Shown in pieces: positions 59,585 to 64,000 of a DNA stretch of 64,000 nt. The stretch spans positions 62,001-126,000 of IMG/VR virus record IMGVR_UViG_3300028048_000070. One strand, written 5' to 3'. Source of the DNA: an uncultured virus (IMG/VR IMGVR_UViG_3300028048_000070) (lineage: Duplodnaviria > Heunggongvirae > Uroviricota > Caudoviricetes). The position numbers were made by a program, and so were the translations under genes. The notes under the pieces are model-generated. The model saw only the letters and a program-made list of their open reading frames with translations. It searched no databases and was not told the DNA's origin. How positions within the stretch are numbered: the first letter of the stretch is position 1; each line of letters opens with the position of its first letter.

Positions 59585-61453
59585 ATGTATGCTGGAACCA
59601 AAGTAAATTGGCATGAAGTGCTGATGAGCGATGCAGTTACAGAAAGTAATAATGAATCGCTTCCTCTGTTTCTTTGTGTCTTTTCAGCAGATAAGGGTAC
59701 CGAAGAAATCACCGATTTCACTTATACAGACTTTAAGAAAATGTATGGAAATAATGCTGATTTCTTTAAGCATGGTCAGCCTTTAATCCAAGCTCATAAG
59801 ATTCTGGCTGCTGGAGGTAGAGTTCTTGGTAAGAGACTTGTTGCTGAGGATGCTACTCTTGCTAACCTTGTCATTCTTGCAGAAATTGTTGTTACTGAAG
59901 CTTCTGGCGAAGGTCAGGATGCTACTCCTAGATCAGTAAAAGTTAAATTTACTAAGCAGAAAATTGAGAATGCTGCTACTTTTGATCAGGTTATGGGTGC
60001 AGCTGAGGCTCTTGAAACTACTACCAAGTTCCCTCTGTTTGTAATCTGTGATAATGGTAGAGGTATGTCTTATAAGAACGTCAGAATTGCACCTGATTAT
60101 GATGGCTCTAAGACTCTTGATTTTATGCTTTATACTATTCAGGACATTGAAGGGGTAACTACTGTAGATTCCGGTAGATTCTCTCTTAATCCTGATGCTA
60201 TTACTTATAATTATACTACTAAAAAGAATATGGCTCTTCAGAAGTCTACTATTGGTCAGCTTCATGCTGCTTACTGCAAAGAATCTTTCCAGAACTTTGT
60301 TGATAAGCTTGCTACAGAAGCTGGTTATACTATCACTACTGATGGTGTAACTACTATTGATTATGATACTTTCTATAATCTTGATATTCTGAATGGTAAG
60401 GATAAGAAGGGTAATTCTCTTACTACATTTACTGTAGACTTTAGTGGTGCTGATGGTATTGATATGTCTTCTACTTATGGATATACTCTTAAAGGTGGAG
60501 ACAATGGTTCATTTGGTGATGCTCCATTCCCTGGTGAAAATGGTGCTACTGATGCCTGGATTACTGCTGCCACAGCATTTCTGAGTGCAGAAGATCCTAA
60601 CTTCTTCTATTCTTATGATGAGATCTATGATCTTGATTATCATAAGATTGATTTCTGTGTAGATGCAAACTATCCTGATGAAGTTAAGAGTCTTATTGTT
60701 GATCTTGCTGCATTTAGAGAAGATTTCTTCTACTTTAGAGATCTTGGCCTTGAACCTGATAATATTGATGAAGTTATCAATAAGATTACTTCTAGTGATT
60801 GGGTCCATAGTCCGTTTGTTGGTGACTATATGACTACTTATGATATTATTGATGACTTCTCTAAGAAGCAGGTTAAGGTTACAATGCTTCATGGTATTGC
60901 CCCTCTTCTTGTATCTCATTATATGAATAACCCGAATGCTCCTATTGCTGGAGAATTCAATAACTTCATTATCACTGAAATGGTTGGTAATACTTTGAAT
61001 ATTATTCCTCGTATTACTCCTAGCAGAGATATGAAGACTGAACTTGATGACCTGAGAGTAAACTATGCTAACTATTCCTCTGATGATGGTATTGTTAGTG
61101 TTCAGTCCACTTATACTTCTCAGGATCATTGGGGTCCTCTTAGCTTCTCTTCTAATGTCATTATCACTCAGATGTGTATCAAGGATATTAGAAGGTATAC
61201 TCCGAAGATCAGATTCATGCTTATGGATGGAAATGATTTTGCCCAGTATAAGAAGCTGATTCATGATAATGTTATTAGTTACTATGAGAAGTACTTTAAG
61301 TCTATTGAGCTGATCTATACTCGTGATGATGTTATGACTGCTCAGAAGATCTTCAATGCTTCCCTGTATTGTTATTATAAGGACTTCCCGCAGGGTGAAA
61401 TCTTTGATGTCTTTGCTATTGAAGGGTCCCCTGATTCGAATCCAGCATATTAA
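59585..61453 (+). CDS. Tail sheath protein
   Basis: FKKMYG...HGQP..QA..IL.AGGRV..KRLV, LKGGDNG and DANYP..VK..I..LA..R.D; 622 aa; followed by a tube-like gene. Confidence 0.8.
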   Translation: MYAGTKVNWHEVLMSDAVTESNNESLPLFLCVFSADKGTEEITDFTYTDFKKMYGNNADFFKHGQPLIQAHKILAAGGRVLGKRLVAEDATLANLVILAEIVVTEASGEGQDATPRSVKVKFTKQKIENAATFDQVMGAAEALETTTKFPLFVICDNGRGMSYKNVRIAPDYDGSKTLDFMLYTIQDIEGVTTVDSGRFSLNPDAITYNYTTKKNMALQKSTIGQLHAAYCKESFQNFVDKLATEAGYTITTDGVTTIDYDTFYNLDILNGKDKKGNSLTTFTVDFSGADGIDMSSTYGYTLKGGDNGSFGDAPFPGENGATDAWITAATAFLSAEDPNFFYSYDEIYDLDYHKIDFCVDANYPDEVKSLIVDLAAFREDFFYFRDLGLEPDNIDEVINKITSSDWVHSPFVGDYMTTYDIIDDFSKKQVKVTMLHGIAPLLVSHYMNNPNAPIAGEFNNFIITEMVGNTLNIIPRITPSRDMKTELDDLRVNYANYSSDDGIVSVQSTYTSQDHWGPLSFSSNVIITQMCIKDIRRYTPKIRFMLMDGNDFAQYKKLIHDNVISYYEKYFKSIELIYTRDDVMTAQKIFNASLYCYYKDFPQGEIFDVFAIEGSPDSNPAY

Positions 61454-61470
61454 TAAGGAGGAAGTAAAAT

Positions 61471-62397
61471 ATGGCTGCTGGTCTTAATTATATTAAGATG
61501 CCCAGAAGTGTTACAGAATACACTCTGATGAAAGGCGTTACTGATTTTTCCAATTTAAAGCAGTTTGATGTCTTTGAATCAGGTTACTCCTTCCTTACTG
61601 TTGTTGGTGTTCCTGATTTTATGACTCAGCTTGCTAATAAGAATGCTGCAGTTAAGACTCTTCAGGATGGACTTGTCCATATCATGGAAGGTGAATTTAG
61701 AGGTCTTTCTGGTATTCCTGATATTACTGCTGATGCTGGTACTATTTCTAATGGTACTAATGAGCTTATGATTATTAATAACGTAACTATGGATACTTCC
61801 ATTACTGTTGAAATGACATTCTGGGAGAGATCTGGTTCCCTTATTACTAATTATCTGCAGTATTATCTCACTGGTATTAAAGATCCTTATAGCAAGGCTA
61901 AGACTTATCATGGTCTTGTTGGTACTGTTTATAAAGATCCTGGTCCTCAGTATGAAGTATTTACTTTCTTGTATTATGTAACTGATAATACTATGAGAAA
62001 AGTTGAGAGAGCTTATCTACTGGCTAATGCTCAGCCTACTATGGCTCCTAACTCTCAGCTGTATAACTCTACTAGAGGTACAATTGAATTCCAGGAAATC
62101 AATGTATCCTTCAACTGCTTCCCGATCATTGGTGACCAGGTCAATAAGTATGCATCTATGATGCTGCAGAATGATATCTCTCAGACCAATGGTAGTCCGA
62201 GAAAGATTGTTCTTGATTTCAATGATTATGAATGGGCTGTTATGAAGGGTGGTTATAAGACTGATGGTACTGGTCAGACTAGAAATGATGGTATTGTCGA
62301 GAATACTGGTCTTGTAAAAGACATTCTTGGTAATGCTAGTCTTGCAGGTACTGTTGCTGAAAAGTATAACCAGAATATGCCTCTTGGAAATGTCTAA
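61471..62397 (+). CDS. Tail tube protein
   Basis: Directly follows the sheath; FWERSGS...YLTGIKDP and FLYYVTD...VERAYLLANAQPT pattern; high-expression codons. Confidence 0.7.
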   Translation: MAAGLNYIKMPRSVTEYTLMKGVTDFSNLKQFDVFESGYSFLTVVGVPDFMTQLANKNAAVKTLQDGLVHIMEGEFRGLSGIPDITADAGTISNGTNELMIINNVTMDTSITVEMTFWERSGSLITNYLQYYLTGIKDPYSKAKTYHGLVGTVYKDPGPQYEVFTFLYYVTDNTMRKVERAYLLANAQPTMAPNSQLYNSTRGTIEFQEINVSFNCFPIIGDQVNKYASMMLQNDISQTNGSPRKIVLDFNDYEWAVMKGGYKTDGTGQTRNDGIVENTGLVKDILGNASLAGTVAEKYNQNMPLGNV

Positions 62398-62437
62398 AAA
62401 ATAAAACTTAATATAAAAAATAAGATTATAAGAATTT

Positions 62438-62463
62438 ACCCCAGCAGGATTATCCTGCTGGGG
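62438..62463. terminator. Terminator between convergent genes
   Basis: ccccagcagga-tta-tcctgctgggg. Confidence 0.8.
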
Positions 62464-62500
62464 ATTAATAATTTATATATTAAAGAATATAATTATATTA

Positions 62501-62776
62501 TTAATCTTTAATAAGAATATAATTATATTCTCCTTTTTCTTGTACCATATCAAAATTAGTCTCTACTACTCCAGTTGAGGCTAATTCATCAATGAGGCTT
62601 TTATAACCAGAACTATATAAAGATATTATTGTCACCCATCGAAATTTATTATATGTATTATTACAATACCGTCTTGAAAGATATTTTTTATTGAAATCAT
62701 CAAAATCTTTAATTTCTACAATTCCTTCAAGAGATGGAGCTGTATCTTCCTGAACATGATATACTAAAAATGTCAT
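62501..62776 (-). CDS. Hypothetical protein
   Basis: 91-aa ORF with a purine-rich RBS. Confidence 0.65.
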   Translation of the reverse strand: MTFLVYHVQEDTAPSLEGIVEIKDFDDFNKKYLSRRYCNNTYNKFRWVTIISLYSSGYKSLIDELASTGVVETNFDMVQEKGEYNYILIKD

Positions 62777-62882
62777 TTTCTTCCTTCTTTCTCTTATTTA
62801 ACCCATAAGTGGGGTTTAATTTATTTTCATTATTATATTATATAATTAAAATTTTAACTTTTAAAATAAAAAAGAAAGCAGG

Positions 62883-63410
62883 TTAATCTGCTTTCTTTTT
62901 TATAAGTTCTATAATATCAAGATTCCATATTACTATAGAATCAACATCCCATGTAGTAAAAATATGGGAATGGTTATGGAAATATCCATAATTATTTCTC
63001 ATAAATAATTCCATCCCATCAAATTTATTATATATCTTTTTCTTATCAAGTTCATATTTATAATCTTCATATCGACTTGGCCACCACCAAAGACTTTCAT
63101 CTTCAATCTCTTTCAAATATGGCCATATATCCTCAATTTTTCTTATTTTAAGAATTCTACTTTTTCTTTTAAGTTTAAATTCAAAAGATAACTTAAGTTT
63201 ATGAACTTCAAAATATTCATATTCACACCAATCTTTCCATCCCCAATTAGTATTTTTCGGAGAAGCCCAGATTCCTTTAGGTTTATCACCACTATCCCAT
63301 TCTTCAATTGACATATCTTTATTAAGAAAATCTGATCCATAATGGACATAGATTTTCTTGTTTTTATATTTCTTTTTCTTCTTTGGCTTCCACATAAAAA
63401 TATCCTCCAA
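62883..63410 (-). CDS. Trp-rich hypothetical protein, possibly ART-like fold
   Basis: IYVHYG...KPKGIWASP...W.DWC...FDGMEL...WDVDSIVIWN; the true start may be ATG at 63395. Confidence 0.55.
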   Translation of the reverse strand: MEDIFMWKPKKKKKYKNKKIYVHYGSDFLNKDMSIEEWDSGDKPKGIWASPKNTNWGWKDWCEYEYFEVHKLKLSFEFKLKRKSRILKIRKIEDIWPYLKEIEDESLWWWPSRYEDYKYELDKKKIYNKFDGMELFMRNNYGYFHNHSHIFTTWDVDSIVIWNLDIIELIKKKAD

Positions 63411-63492
63411 TTTTTATATCTTTTCTATTTATATTATAATATCTTTTTAAAAATTTAAAAATATGGGTAGGAATTGCTTCCTACCCTTTATA

Positions 63493-63999
63493 TTATTCAA
63501 ACTCATCTTCACCTTTAGATTTCTGTATACTATTATCAAGAGAAATCTGATCTTTAATCTTCTCTATTTCTTCATCACTCATATAAGAAGGAATTAATTT
63601 TCTAATCAATCTCTTCTTAAATAAAGCTTTAGCTTCATCACTCTGACCGCTCATTTCTACTTCTGTAATAGAATCTGCATATTGTGTAGCAGAATTCAAA
63701 AGCTGTGTTCCCTGAGTCATACTCAAGAATGCAGGTGGTGGTAATGTAACTTCAAGAGTAATATTCTCATCATATTCAAATCTATAAATCTTAGTAAAGA
63801 CTTCAGATAAGAAATCTTCCATTTTAAGTTGTCTCTTTAATACATTTCTTAATAACTTTGCATTAGTCATAGTATATCTAACAGCAAAGTCCATCCCAGT
63901 TGAACTATTTACTATCTCTAAAGGAACCCCAGTTGAGTTTACAGCTGATTCTTCTAAGTTAGATTGTAGATCTGTAGGAAAATCAAACTGTTGCCCAGG
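63493..63999 (-). CDS. C-terminus of probable portal protein (5' end outside window)
   Basis: Frame open to the window end: PGQQFD...LEESAVNSTGVPLEIV...DFAVRYTMTN...LPPPAFL, a portal-like GVP motif. Confidence 0.5.
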   Translation of the reverse strand, partial: PGQQFDFPTDLQSNLEESAVNSTGVPLEIVNSSTGMDFAVRYTMTNAKLLRNVLKRQLKMEDFLSEVFTKIYRFEYDENITLEVTLPPPAFLSMTQGTQLLNSATQYADSITEVEMSGQSDEAKALFKKRLIRKLIPSYMSDEEIEKIKDQISLDNSIQKSKGEDEFE

Positions 64000-64000
64000 C

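Noticed and set aside
62883..63410. Firm call as ADP-ribosyltransferase
   Set aside because: Only a weak H...G.W.S pattern is visible; kept as a low-confidence note pending a profile search
1..64000. Alternative genetic code (stop-codon reassignment as in some gut jumbo phages)
   Set aside because: Genes are full length under code 11, and TAA, TAG and TGA all terminate recognisable proteins at sensible positions

Overview
This window is part of a very AT-rich jumbo myophage genome of the AR9/PBS1/phiKZ-like type that encodes its own split multisubunit RNA polymerase. The GGAGG-type RBSs and SH3b-containing lytic enzyme suggest a Firmicute host (inference). It contains three RNAP beta/beta' fragments, a terminase large subunit interrupted by an ORF-less group I intron, and baseplate, fibre, sheath, tube and probable portal genes. 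It also carries putative head-internal proteins, RNase H, kinase-like, PolB-like, Nudix-like, receiver-domain and ART-like genes, two GT2 glycosyltransferases inside the fibre module, and an rtcB-prfH ribosome-repair pair. Two promoter-like motifs recur: ATATTATAATAWTGA before accessory genes and (A/G)AC(A/T)-N6-TA before structural genes. The most unusual element is a ~260-nt non-coding unit at 44139-44398. It has its own late-type promoter and terminator and consists of tandem antisense copies of Shine-Dalgarno plus AUG regions; read on the other strand it is a chain of coupled minigenes. All calls are by-eye motif recognition; no database searches were run.
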